Below, piece after piece: positions 8,946 to 17,829 of a DNA stretch of 64,000 nucleotides. Position 1 is the first letter of the stretch. Each line of letters begins with the position of its first letter. The translations under genes were made by a program, and so were the position numbers. The notes under the pieces were generated by a model. The model was not told the DNA's origin. It made no database searches and saw nothing but the letters and a program-made list of their open reading frames with translations. Origin of the DNA: an uncultured Clostridia bacterium (GTDB lineage: Bacteria > Bacillota > Clostridia > Oscillospirales > Ruminococcaceae); assembly GCA_947624575.1 (NCBI GenBank), contig CANQKY010000001.1, positions 4,964-68,963 on the forward strand, given 5' to 3'.

Positions 8946-9428
8946 TTATATGTATTCAATCTTACTTAAATTTAGATTATATGATTTGAGTAATTCGTCG
9001 CAGATGTCTTTTGTTTCATTAAAAGCAGCAGCAAACTTTTTCACTTTGTCCGTTCTCATTAGAAGTCCAATCTCAGTAATTGTTCTTGTAAGTGTATTAA
9101 GGCAATCCGTGTGATATAAATCTCCATAACGGTTTACTTCTTCTGCCATAGCTGTTTCGTTATCTTCTAGATATACTTGCAAATCGCCTGAAGAAATATA
9201 GCAGCTTTTTAGCCCATTTTCCATATCGACACGCTGATATTCAATGTGAATTACCGCAGTTTTAATCTCAAAGACCATGCGCTGCAGATCGAGTAGTCTT
9301 TTTTGTAAAATCGCTTTCTTTGCATTTTTATTTTTGGTGCTTCGATCGTTTATTGTCGTTATTATCATGGAAATGATAGAGCTTACAAATACTGGCACTA
9401 ATATTTTGACCCAATCTGACCAATCCAT
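8946..9428 (-). CDS. Hypothetical membrane-anchored protein
   Basis: 160-aa ORF with an N-terminal hydrophobic helix (ILVPVFVSSIISMIITTI). AT-rich, no recognised domain. Confidence 0.4.
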   Translation of the reverse strand: MDWSDWVKILVPVFVSSIISMIITTINDRSTKNKNAKKAILQKRLLDLQRMVFEIKTAVIHIEYQRVDMENGLKSCYISSGDLQVYLEDNETAMAEEVNRYGDLYHTDCLNTLTRTITEIGLLMRTDKVKKFAAAFNETKDICDELLKSYNLNLSKIEYI

Positions 9429-9711
9429 AAATTCCCCTTCTTTTATGCTAATGCGATTATTAAAGTATGTTAAAATTCATAATATCGGGTTGATAGCAGG
9501 AGTCGTTGCGCTGTGGATATGTCATCAATGATACTATATATATTATAAGCGATTTTACTTAGAAAAGCAAGAGGGTTGTCGATATTTTGCGTTAAATAAA
9601 ATAAATCTAAACATTTTCATCACAGTTGCTCGTTCGGATTTATGATTCATATCATAGAATGCTCTTTTCCTCGTGATATAAGTCCTATATAATAGAAAAC
9701 CGCAATACTTC

Positions 9712-9805
9712 AAAAACTATCTTCTCATGTTCAAAGTGAATGAATCTGAGAAAACGGTGATAATATACCGCTTTTCTACGGTGCGCGGGATTATTTCACG
9801 CTGCC
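9712..9805 (+). pseudogene. 3'-end fragment of a ParE/RelE-family toxin gene (copy of 32924-33017)
   Basis: About 94 nt aligned by eye with 32924-33017: 4 mismatches and one 1-nt deletion (ccgcttttct vs ccgttttttct) that breaks the frame. No 5' part. Confidence 0.8.
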
Positions 9806-9848
9806 TTTTTTCTGTGCCGTATAGGGTTCAGACAATATGAGCTTCATG

Positions 9849-9922
9849 ACCCGCCAAATGCGCCAGTTGTATGATCGTGTGTTCGCTGTAAAAGCGATCC
9901 GCAATATGCAACAGCTTTCCGT
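9849..9922 (-). pseudogene. 3'-end fragment of an abiEi-like antitoxin gene (inverted copy of 47973-48046)
   Basis: The 74-nt minus-strand sequence matches 47973-48046 with 5 mismatches. Encodes KLLHIADRFYSEHTIIQLAHLAG, identical to the C-terminus of the 47393 gene product. Confidence 0.8.
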
Positions 9923-9933
9923 ATATACGAAAA

Positions 9934-10989
9934 TTACTCTTTATTATTTGCAGTTGATGTTCCCAGATCCAGTTCGCATGAGTTATCATATACAGATGCG
10001 GTTTCTTGCGAACTATAAGTAACACCCGATGGTTTTTCTTTTGTGAGCCAATCGTTTTTCCATGCCCAAAAGGAGAAAAGCAAAGATGCAATTAAAATTA
10101 AATCAACAATCCAGATCGGTGAATAAAACTTCCATGCTGAAAAAATTTTTTTAGGAATCTTTGAACCTCTCAATAGATAGAGGATTAGGCAAATAATGAG
10201 ATTAAATGCAACTATTCCAACTAGAGAAATAATTCCAATTAATCTATATATTGATATGGCATTAATATTTTCTAAAACAGAAGATGAAAACGAAAAAACA
10301 CCAGCAAATGTTAAAACTATTGATGCAAAGATCCCAAGAACTGAAACTGTCGAGTTATAAATACCATTTCTAAGATTCTCTATGCTCTTCTCGCTTTCAT
10401 TGATTTTTGATTCAAGCATATACATAGTTTTAAACAAGCCGGTGCTTTGCTCTTTACCTTCCTTGCCAACCTTATTTTCTAATGCAGATACCTGATTTGT
10501 GGCTATATCTATTTTTTGTTTCAAGCCTGTATATAGAATATGAGTATAATTCCCCATACTTTCATATGATGATATACGGTCATAAATACAGCTCCAGACA
10601 TAAAAACACCAATTATATATTATGTCAAAATAAGGAGAATTTTGCGGGATGTTTGCAATTGTTCGAGAAAAATAGCTTTTTGAAACGGATTGATCAAATT
10701 CATCAAACTTGGACAACAAACGTTTCGGATCAGACTTAAAGTAATTATCAACTTTGTTCAAAATGGTGTCTACAACTCTAACAGCAAGTTGACTACTAGA
10801 TATAGGATTTGCTGACAAACATTTCAAATTAGCATTATGAAATTTTTTCATAGCACTAAAAGATTGCGGCTTATTATATTCTTTACTAAAGGCAGAATCA
10901 GCTAATTCACCGATATCAAAAGACTCTAAAAAACAATCTATTAATTGTTCTGTCAGTTCGATTATTTGGTTTTCAATTCTTATGTTCAT
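9934..10989 (-). CDS. Hypothetical protein with soluble N-terminal domain and four C-terminal TM helices (candidate toxin/effector of a two-gene module)
   Basis: 351-aa ORF. Its start is 2 nt after the stop of the upstream gene. C-terminal hydrophobic segments include VLGIFASIVLTFAGVF, IGIISLVGIVAFNLIICLILYLL and IWIVDLILIASLLFSFWAW. Confidence 0.55.
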   Translation of the reverse strand: MNIRIENQIIELTEQLIDCFLESFDIGELADSAFSKEYNKPQSFSAMKKFHNANLKCLSANPISSSQLAVRVVDTILNKVDNYFKSDPKRLLSKFDEFDQSVSKSYFSRTIANIPQNSPYFDIIYNWCFYVWSCIYDRISSYESMGNYTHILYTGLKQKIDIATNQVSALENKVGKEGKEQSTGLFKTMYMLESKINESEKSIENLRNGIYNSTVSVLGIFASIVLTFAGVFSFSSSVLENINAISIYRLIGIISLVGIVAFNLIICLILYLLRGSKIPKKIFSAWKFYSPIWIVDLILIASLLFSFWAWKNDWLTKEKPSGVTYSSQETASVYDNSCELDLGTSTANNKE

Positions 10990-10991
10990 AA

Positions 10992-11804
10992 TTACTGACC
11001 ATAATATGTATATTCAAAAATAAATTTTACAATAGCATTGGAGCTTAGAGAAGATTCTAACGGTTTAGCAAAAAAGGTCCTTACTTTTTCTTCGTCGATA
11101 AAACGCTTATTGTATTTTTCATCGGATTCTTGTGATTGAATATTTTCTTTGAACAAATCCATGGTGCCGCCAATCGCTTTTGCTTGATACATGCCAAAGT
11201 TGAGAAAAACATCTTTTAATAGCTTCTTTATATTTTCATTGAAAACATCTTCAACCTTATATGTATCTGGAATTGGAGCGTCGCTATTTAATGATGTTAT
11301 TGATATTGTTTGAGGGCTTTCTGGCAACAAACTATCTTGGGCATCATTGGTGCCAGTAATGATATTGTCCATGGGAAAACTTTCTGGATGGGCAGAAAGC
11401 ACGCAGTAGCCGACACCACAGCTATTAATAAAAATGGGATATTCTCTAAATAGCTTGTCCTTATTTTTGATTGCAACTAAGTCGGCAATTGCTAATAATT
11501 TTTCGACTTTTAATCTATTGCAAGTATACTTATTTTTAGTCTCAAAAAATAAACTGGTTAGGTACTTAGCTGCGTCAAATATATTTATATTATCAGCCAC
11601 TTTATCGCTTCTTTCTGTATGAACTATGGTAGGATGTGGGTGGTCAAAAATTACGCCAGACAAGATGTCCACATTTTCCCCGAAATCCCCCATACAAATT
11701 ATTGTAGAGGATTTTGCATCAGTTTTCAAGTAGATTTTCAAAAAAATACGCCTCTTTTCGACACACTTTTTGCATTTTAATTGCTTTTGACAATTTTTTT
11801 GCAT
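10992..11804 (-). CDS. Panacea (DUF4065/SocA)-like protein, candidate antitoxin
   Basis: The segment AAKYLTSLFFETKNKYTCNRLKVEKLLAIADLVAIKNKDKLFREYPIF resembles the N-terminal LKLQKLLY core of DUF4065. The true start is probably internal (TTG or ATG near MGDFGENV) because the -10 box overlaps the first ATG. Confidence 0.4.
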   Translation of the reverse strand: MQKNCQKQLKCKKCVEKRRIFLKIYLKTDAKSSTIICMGDFGENVDILSGVIFDHPHPTIVHTERSDKVADNINIFDAAKYLTSLFFETKNKYTCNRLKVEKLLAIADLVAIKNKDKLFREYPIFINSCGVGYCVLSAHPESFPMDNIITGTNDAQDSLLPESPQTISITSLNSDAPIPDTYKVEDVFNENIKKLLKDVFLNFGMYQAKAIGGTMDLFKENIQSQESDEKYNKRFIDEEKVRTFFAKPLESSLSSNAIVKFIFEYTYYGQ

Positions 11805-11807
11805 TAC

Positions 11808-11816
11808 ATTATAGCA
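11808..11816 (-). promoter_or_regulatory. Extended -10 promoter element for the 10992/9934 operon
   Basis: Minus strand TGCTATAAT. No good -35. The same 12-mer GTGCTATAATGT occurs in the promoter at 6955-6966. Confidence 0.4.
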
Positions 11817-11958
11817 CGTTTGGGGCGAGAATTTTGTTGAAAGCTGATAGAACTATAGAAAAAGCTGTCCATTCATTTAAATAGACAGCTTTTTAAGCTG
11901 CTTTTGTATATCAAATAATTTAATATTTTATGGAGATACAAGCAATTGAAGGAAGCCC

Positions 11959-11996
11959 AGGCGGTGAGATGTAACATCTTACCGCCTAAATTTTTG
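11959..11996 (+). terminator. Intrinsic terminator-like hairpin
   Basis: AGGCGGTGAGAT-GTAAC-ATCTTACCGCCT followed by AAATTTTT. A second hairpin AAAAAGCTGTC...GACAGCTTTTT lies at 11859-11894. Confidence 0.5.
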
Positions 11997-12060
11997 CCGT
12001 TAGCGAATGCAACACATGAGCGGCACGAAAGAAAAATTTTTTCCTCTTGTGCCTAATCTC

Positions 12061-12089
12061 TTTACAAAACAGAATGATGAGGATATACT
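12061..12089 (+). promoter_or_regulatory. Candidate promoter of the RiPP operon
   Basis: TTTACA, 17-nt spacer, TATACT. About 350 nt upstream of the first rSAM start. Confidence 0.4.
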
Positions 12090-12437
12090 ACAGACAAAAC
12101 AGTATGATTAACACAATGATTAAGCAGCCATCATACGCTGAATTTTGGCATTGTATCAGCCATTTTAGAAGCACAGTCTATAATAATACTTATCCTTTTT
12201 GGGTGGGAGATATGTCCGAAATTGTTAAAGTTGATTACTTTTTGGTATCAGAAAAGGGAAATAGCTCGCCGTATTATTTCGATACAGAGTCCATTTTTTT
12301 ACTGTAAGAGTAATAATGTGTTTCGTATGGAAAAAGTTGTGCTCCAGTATATGGTGGTGAGAGTGGCTGAGCGGGCAAATTCAAGGTGTGCATATATTAT
12401 AGGCATCATAGAAAAACTGACAGAAAGGATTTGCGGT

Positions 12438-13865
12438 ATGATTTCGGATATACAGTATTGCTGTTTAAAAGAAGATTATGTTCTTTGGCAGACTCAGGAA
12501 CGACTATATCTGTGTGAAATTAAAACAGGGCGGCCAGTGGCAGCACTTTCTACTGGGGTAACGCCTTTGTTGCTGACCTTAAGTGGTAATCGTCTTCTTG
12601 GGGACATCTTGGAGCATTGGGCTAAAACACAAAAAATACCTTTACAAGAACTGACAGAGAAAGTACAGCATCTTTTGAAATCCCTTGCACCATTTCTCAT
12701 GTTTTCTGATAACCTTATTTCGGATGCAACTTGTCCTAAACTGATAATAGGGGATTTTCCATATCATCCTGTTGCCGTAAAAAGTGAAAAACCTCTCTAT
12801 GTGACTTTCAACATAACCGATCGTTGTAGTCGAAATTGTATCTATTGTTACATGGATTCCATTTACACCAAACAGATGGACAACTCCCATCGTTTTCTTT
12901 CGGTAGAACGGTTTGCAGATGTTTTAAAAGAGTGCAAGGATATTGGTGTACAAGCTATTGAAGTCGGTGGTGGAGATCCTTTGAATCATCCTCAAATTTT
13001 AGAATATGTCCGTCTGTTAAGTCAAAGCAAAATTCCAAATGTGCTAATTTCCACTAAGAAATATGTGCAGGAAGAATTGGCTCTACGCTTCAAAGAGGCA
13101 GGGTTGCGGGAAATCCAAATCAGTTTGGATTCGGCAGATAAAGAGATCGCCGATATTTTGATGGGAGAGCGTGGAGCATATGAGGAGGTGGTGAAGACCA
13201 TTCACAACTTTCGAAAAGCAGGCATAGATGTAAAAGTAAATGCGGTGTTGACTTCGTTAAATTGCACTAATTTCAGCAATTTGATCCAACTACTGGAGTC
13301 CATGGGTGTTTCTACTCTATCTGCCAATTATTATGGCGCATCCTGCGGACGCCATGTTGAAAGTTTATTTCCTAAAGTGGAGCAGCTTCAGGAACTGAAA
13401 AAACAGGTAGATGGAATCACTCCTTCTTTGAAAACGCTCCATTTAAGAATGCCGGATTTTCAAGAAACATTTTACGAAAACAAATGGAGTAGTGATCGGC
13501 AGATCCGCAGTTATTATCGCAGTTATTGTGGCGCCATGAAGACTCGAATTTTGGTAAATCCAGATGGTACAGTGGGGTATTGTGCCTATATCACGCAAGA
13601 TCTTTCCCGTAAAAATGGACTGATATTTGGGAATTTACATACTCAAAGCTTAATGGAGATTTGGCAATCGCCGTCAGTGGAAGATATCCTGACCCCAAAT
13701 GTACAAAAATTCCGCGGAACTCTGTGTGCCGATTGTAGGGATTTTGAAAAGTGTTATCCAAAACGTTGCTTTTTGCGGTCAATCCTGCAATATGACACTC
13801 CTTTTGAAAAAGATCCGGATTGTCGCTATTGGAACGATATGCATTGTAAAGTAATAAGAGATTGA
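12438..13865 (+). CDS. Radical SAM/SPASM peptide maturase with N-terminal PqqD-like RRE (rSAM-1)
   Basis: CxxxCxxC cluster motif in DRCSRNCIYCY. An N-terminal ~85-aa wHTH-like segment (LKEDYVLWQTQERLYLCEIKTGRPVAALSTGVTPLLLTL...) sits upstream of the core. C-terminal SPASM pattern YCGAMKTRILVNPDGTVGYC ... CADCRDFEKCYPKRC. Start at ATG 12438 (GAAAGGA RBS) preferred over track start 12222. Confidence 0.8.
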   Translation: MISDIQYCCLKEDYVLWQTQERLYLCEIKTGRPVAALSTGVTPLLLTLSGNRLLGDILEHWAKTQKIPLQELTEKVQHLLKSLAPFLMFSDNLISDATCPKLIIGDFPYHPVAVKSEKPLYVTFNITDRCSRNCIYCYMDSIYTKQMDNSHRFLSVERFADVLKECKDIGVQAIEVGGGDPLNHPQILEYVRLLSQSKIPNVLISTKKYVQEELALRFKEAGLREIQISLDSADKEIADILMGERGAYEEVVKTIHNFRKAGIDVKVNAVLTSLNCTNFSNLIQLLESMGVSTLSANYYGASCGRHVESLFPKVEQLQELKKQVDGITPSLKTLHLRMPDFQETFYENKWSSDRQIRSYYRSYCGAMKTRILVNPDGTVGYCAYITQDLSRKNGLIFGNLHTQSLMEIWQSPSVEDILTPNVQKFRGTLCADCRDFEKCYPKRCFLRSILQYDTPFEKDPDCRYWNDMHCKVIRD

Positions 13866-13880
13866 AACAGGAGCGAGCAA

Positions 13881-15011
13881 ATGAGAAGTGGAACACCAAT
13901 ATATATTTTGCCTATGCCGACACAGGTAGTTTATGCGCTTTATGTAGCTTTTTGCGGTATACAATCTGAGCCCCCTGGGCAAAATGGCTTGGCGCATTTA
14001 TATGAACATTTAAGTATTCGAAAATATCTTTTGCAACTCGGCTGCAATTTAGATGAAGGATGTATGATTAACGGATTTACCAAACGGCAATATACTGGGT
14101 ATGTGTTTCAGGCGGATAAACGGTATGCGCCACAAGTCCTTGAGGGGATTGGCCGACTGGAAAATATGTCTGCAAGGGATGGATTTTCACCTAAGGATGT
14201 GAGCAATGAAAAGAATAAAATCCGTAGAGAAAACAGTCAGCGAGATACAATTGAAACACGCTTAATAGATAAACTGATGCGAACAATTTTTTTAAAAGAA
14301 AGTTATGGGAATTCTATTTTCTGCTCGGAAAAATGTCTAGACAATCTTGGAAAAGGAGCTCTGACAAATTATGCTATCTTGGTAGAACAGGCATCTAGAG
14401 GGTTGTTTTTGGTAGGAAATCCTGCTTTTTTCCCAAAAGAAACAGCATATGGAAAAGAAGTTTGGCAGCAAAATATTCCCCAATTATGTTTTGCCGAGCC
14501 TAAACCGCCCCATATGTGGGAAAAAGGGAAACACTATGCTGTTGGTTATGTGCAAGAACCATTTGACGGGTTTCGGGAATTTTTGGTTGCTTCGCTTTCC
14601 TCTTCTTTCCTAAAAATGGCCCTTTTAAGATGGCACGGAATCCATGTGGGCGGAGAAGTAAAATTATACATCGATCAGGCAGTATCGATCTTTTGGATGA
14701 CTGATACTCAAATTGACGATATACAGAACAAAACCATACAATGGACAACCCTTTGCAGAAACGTATTGAATGATTCCCGCTTTTTTGAAGAGTTTGAAAA
14801 GGCAAAAAAGCTATATCTATATCAACTTTTAAGAACGATTGATACACCGGAATATTTGGCAATGTATCTTTTTAAAACTGCCTGTCTGCTACACACACTT
14901 CCAGAGGTAGATAAAATATTGGTAGATGTGCATTCCGTTACGGCACAGGAGGTGCGGTCAATGATTGCACGAATGTTAGAAAAACAGATTGTATATAGCG
15001 TTGTTTTATAA
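13881..15011 (+). CDS. M16-family (insulinase/pitrilysin-like) zinc protease, candidate leader peptidase
   Basis: Inverted zinc motif HxxEH = HLYEH in GLAHLYEHLS. CAGGAG RBS. Sits between the two rSAM genes. Confidence 0.65.
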   Translation: MRSGTPIYILPMPTQVVYALYVAFCGIQSEPPGQNGLAHLYEHLSIRKYLLQLGCNLDEGCMINGFTKRQYTGYVFQADKRYAPQVLEGIGRLENMSARDGFSPKDVSNEKNKIRRENSQRDTIETRLIDKLMRTIFLKESYGNSIFCSEKCLDNLGKGALTNYAILVEQASRGLFLVGNPAFFPKETAYGKEVWQQNIPQLCFAEPKPPHMWEKGKHYAVGYVQEPFDGFREFLVASLSSSFLKMALLRWHGIHVGGEVKLYIDQAVSIFWMTDTQIDDIQNKTIQWTTLCRNVLNDSRFFEEFEKAKKLYLYQLLRTIDTPEYLAMYLFKTACLLHTLPEVDKILVDVHSVTAQEVRSMIARMLEKQIVYSVVL

Positions 15012-15026
15012 AAGAGGTAAATAATT

Positions 15027-16427
15027 ATGAATATGAAAATTAAGTATATCATCTGCGAGCGAGCAAATGTGGAATTACGAAATGGAAAAGCATTTTTGCA
15101 GTGTAGCGAAAAGTATGATCAGAGCAAAAACTACCGTGTAACTAGAATGGGCTGCTTGATTTTGGCGCAATTTGACGGAAGGCGCACATTAGGAGACATT
15201 ATTTCTCATATTAGTGAACTTACGGCTCTTACCCCAGAAAAAGCCATGAAGATGGTAGAAAAAGTAGCCGATATGTTTTCTTACTATATCGTAGAGGCAA
15301 AAGGGCGCACGCGAGATTTCCCCTCTGAAAAAACTATTTGTTCCTCAGTAAAGACCTCTACATATGATGAACTGAAATTAGAACCCAGTATATTTCCCTC
15401 TACTATCTACTATTCTGCGACAAATCGTTGCGGATTCTATTGTCGATACTGTTATAGGGATTCCAACAGCAACCGTGAGGAAACTTATTATTTGACAGCA
15501 ACGCGGTGGCAAGAACTTTTAAAAGAAGCGGAAGGAACCAACTGCGGTAGTTTTGATATCGGCGGTGGCGAACCATTCTTTCGCAAGGATATAATGGATA
15601 TTTTGGGCGTAGCAAAGAAAGCAGGGCTAAAAACCAAGATATCTACCAAACTTGGATTGTCGGAAGAAATTATGCGTGGATTACGCGAAACACAATTAGA
15701 TTCTCTGCAAGTTAGTTTGGATTCCTGCGATAAGGCGGTCTGTGCTTTTTTGACTGGTCAGACATACAGCTTTCAAATGGCAGAAAAAACCATCGACAAT
15801 GCCAATCGTCTAGGGCAAAAGATTCATGTGAATTGTGTTGTAAATAAATACAACATCGAAGGAATACCGAAGTTGATCGAATTTTTGGAAAAAAAGAAAG
15901 TTCCTACTTTGGGACTTACCAAGTATATCGCTTCCTGTGGACGAAACCAGTCCGATTTGTATGCCACTGAACAGCAATTTGATCAGTTAGACGAGTATAT
16001 TTATCAATATCGAAACAATAACCCCGCAATAGAGATTGATTATCAGTATTTACTGGGACGAACATTTGAAAAAATGAAGCAAACCGATCTAACTGCGCTA
16101 CGGGTCTTATGTGGCGGCGGAAAAGATCAATTGTATGTTCGTCATGACGGGGTCGTGGGGTTTTGTGATGCACTGTTGTATGATGATCATATTTTACTGG
16201 GTGATCTGAGCCGTCAAAGTATTTCCGAAGTATGGCGTTCTAGTGAAGTAAAAAAATGGAACACACCCGATCCAGAACCGTTTAAAAACACCATTTGTGG
16301 AGACTGTCGCCTTTTCTACAAGTGTTTCCCGTATCGCTGCTACAAGCGATCTATTATTGCTTATAACACGCCCTATGCTTTGGATCCATTTTGCCCAAGA
16401 GGTGAAAAATTATTATGTGTGATGTGA
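15027..16427 (+). CDS. Radical SAM/SPASM peptide maturase with N-terminal PqqD-like RRE (rSAM-2)
   Basis: Cluster motif in NRCGFYCRYCY. N-terminal RRE-like segment (VELRNGKAFLQCSEKYDQSKNYRVTRMGCLILAQFDGRRTLGDII). SPASM tail LCGGGKDQLYVRHDGVVGFC ... CGDCRLFYKCFPYRC. Confidence 0.8.
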   Translation: MNMKIKYIICERANVELRNGKAFLQCSEKYDQSKNYRVTRMGCLILAQFDGRRTLGDIISHISELTALTPEKAMKMVEKVADMFSYYIVEAKGRTRDFPSEKTICSSVKTSTYDELKLEPSIFPSTIYYSATNRCGFYCRYCYRDSNSNREETYYLTATRWQELLKEAEGTNCGSFDIGGGEPFFRKDIMDILGVAKKAGLKTKISTKLGLSEEIMRGLRETQLDSLQVSLDSCDKAVCAFLTGQTYSFQMAEKTIDNANRLGQKIHVNCVVNKYNIEGIPKLIEFLEKKKVPTLGLTKYIASCGRNQSDLYATEQQFDQLDEYIYQYRNNNPAIEIDYQYLLGRTFEKMKQTDLTALRVLCGGGKDQLYVRHDGVVGFCDALLYDDHILLGDLSRQSISEVWRSSEVKKWNTPDPEPFKNTICGDCRLFYKCFPYRCYKRSIIAYNTPYALDPFCPRGEKLLCVM

Positions 16428-17449
16428 TATATAAAGCGCCAATGGAAAAATACGTAATTATGTTGCCCCGGGAACAATCTGCTACTCGATTTTATATTCG
16501 AACACCTTACGGTGCAATCTGCGTATTCACCAATTTAGAAAAATTGGCGGAGGTGTTGGTGCCACCATCTATGATTCAAACTGATCTTACAGGAATGTCT
16601 CCCGTGGCAAATTTGTGTGCTTTTTTTGATCCCCATGCTATAGTGAATCAAGAAATTCGGGATGGTAAATTTTTAGAGCGATCTGACCCGAGGTATATTC
16701 CCAATGTGGAAAACACCTCATATCATCGTGGAGATACAGAATTTTTAGTTTATCAATATCCATTTAAAGGGATCCTCTGCCTGCTCTTAGATATTCTATG
16801 CGGTAGTGTGACTGCGGCAAGAGAGGAAAGTTTAATCTTGTTGGCCCGCATGGCACTAAAAAAATTAATTGTCCGTCTGTATGCAACAGATGGATATTAT
16901 CCTCTCCATGCGGCAGCGGTGGGAACAGGTAATAGCGCTTATGTCTTTGTGGCAGGAGGACGTGCGGGAAAATCGACTATTTTTATGAAACTCTTAGAGT
17001 ATGGATACATTCCTATAAATGATGATCTAGTGTTTATTAAAGAAACAAAAGATGGATTAAACTGTACCGGGTTCCCTATTATTCCCAGCGTGCGGAAGGA
17101 AAGTGCTGTTTTTTTGAACAGTAAGCTTGAAAATATACCATCTCTACGTGGCTTCGAAGGAGAATATTATGTAAATGTGTGGCATTCAGAATTTGATCCA
17201 TACAAAACATATCGTTTGGTGCGGTTGTATTATCCAAAATATGGATACAAAGAGTTTTGTGTTTTTCCGCCTAAGCCTGATTTGATGAAGAAACGATTGA
17301 TAAAATCCTTTTTTACACATCAGCAGGTGGCTATCGACAAACAAGAGCAGGCTGTAAATGTGTTAAACAAACTACTCCATATCTCGGCTTTGCAGATACA
17401 AAACACAGATGATATGGATGCTTTTGCGAAGGGTTTTCCGTTTGTTTAG
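16415..17449 (+). CDS. HPr kinase/phosphorylase-like P-loop protein (RiPP-associated, ScmC/PadeK-like class)
   Basis: P-loop GGRAGKSTIFMKLLEYGYIPINDDLVFI resembles the HprK C-terminal domain. Overlaps the rSAM-2 stop (translational coupling). Confidence 0.6.
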   Translation: MCDVIYKAPMEKYVIMLPREQSATRFYIRTPYGAICVFTNLEKLAEVLVPPSMIQTDLTGMSPVANLCAFFDPHAIVNQEIRDGKFLERSDPRYIPNVENTSYHRGDTEFLVYQYPFKGILCLLLDILCGSVTAAREESLILLARMALKKLIVRLYATDGYYPLHAAAVGTGNSAYVFVAGGRAGKSTIFMKLLEYGYIPINDDLVFIKETKDGLNCTGFPIIPSVRKESAVFLNSKLENIPSLRGFEGEYYVNVWHSEFDPYKTYRLVRLYYPKYGYKEFCVFPPKPDLMKKRLIKSFFTHQQVAIDKQEQAVNVLNKLLHISALQIQNTDDMDAFAKGFPFV

Positions 17450-17450
17450 T

Positions 17451-17472
17451 TCCAAATGAGATGTTTGATCAC
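17451..17472. repeat. Left arm of the inverted repeat bracketing the precursor gene array
   Basis: TCCAAATGAGATGTTTGATCAC. Its reverse complement occurs at 17997-18019 with one extra T. Confidence 0.95.
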
Positions 17473-17492
17473 CTGAAAAAAGGAGGCATAGC

Positions 17493-17630
17493 GTGATAGA
17501 CATAGAAGATATGATGAGTTTAGAGGATATGCAGGAAATCATCGAACTTTCCATGAATGATTTTGATGATATGGAAATTTTCTGTGTGTGTACAGGGACC
17601 TGTGTAACACTACGTTGTGTTCACGGGTAA
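17493..17630 (+). CDS. RiPP precursor peptide 1 (45 aa)
   Basis: AGGAGG RBS 6 nt upstream of GTG 17493 (alternative ATG 17511). Translation (M)IDIEDMMSLEDMQEIIELSMNDFDDMEIFCVCTGTCVTLRCVHG. Shares the DDMEIFCxCTGTCVTLRC block with two downstream ORFs despite synonymous codon divergence. Confidence 0.75.
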   Translation: MIDIEDMMSLEDMQEIIELSMNDFDDMEIFCVCTGTCVTLRCVHG

Positions 17631-17667
17631 TATTACTTAACAGACGCTAAAAAAGGAGGTATGGCCT

Positions 17668-17805
17668 ATGGAAGACATGCTTTTGAGCAAAGAGGAGTTG
17701 CAAGAACTATTTTCTGTCAACGCTAACGATCTGGATGACATGGAAATCTTTTGCTATTGTACGGGTACTTGCGTCACTCTTCGTTGCACAACTGGCAACA
17801 ACTAA
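17668..17805 (+). CDS. RiPP precursor peptide 2 (45 aa)
   Basis: AGGAGG RBS 8 nt upstream of ATG. Translation MEDMLLSKEELQELFSVNANDLDDMEIFCYCTGTCVTLRCTTGNN. Confidence 0.8.
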   Translation: MEDMLLSKEELQELFSVNANDLDDMEIFCYCTGTCVTLRCTTGNN

Positions 17806-17829
17806 TCGATAATCGAAAGGAGAATAGCA

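Noticed and set aside
9828-10091. 87-aa minus-strand ORF.
   Set aside because: Its C-terminal third is simply the abiEi 3' fragment read in frame, and the rest overlaps the end of the 9934 gene region. It is a chimeric scar, not a gene.
12212-12307. 31-aa ORF (MSEIVKVDYFLVSEKGNSSPYYFDTESIFLL) in the leader of the RiPP operon, with a GGGTGGGAG-like RBS.
   Set aside because: It has no Cys and no similarity to the three precursors, and the RBS spacing is poor. It could be a leader peptide or spurious. Not enough evidence to call.
17372-17554. 60-aa minus-strand track ORF overlapping the first precursor gene.
   Set aside because: It is antisense to a gene supported by an RBS and by conservation of the peptide across three paralogs. 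No RBS.
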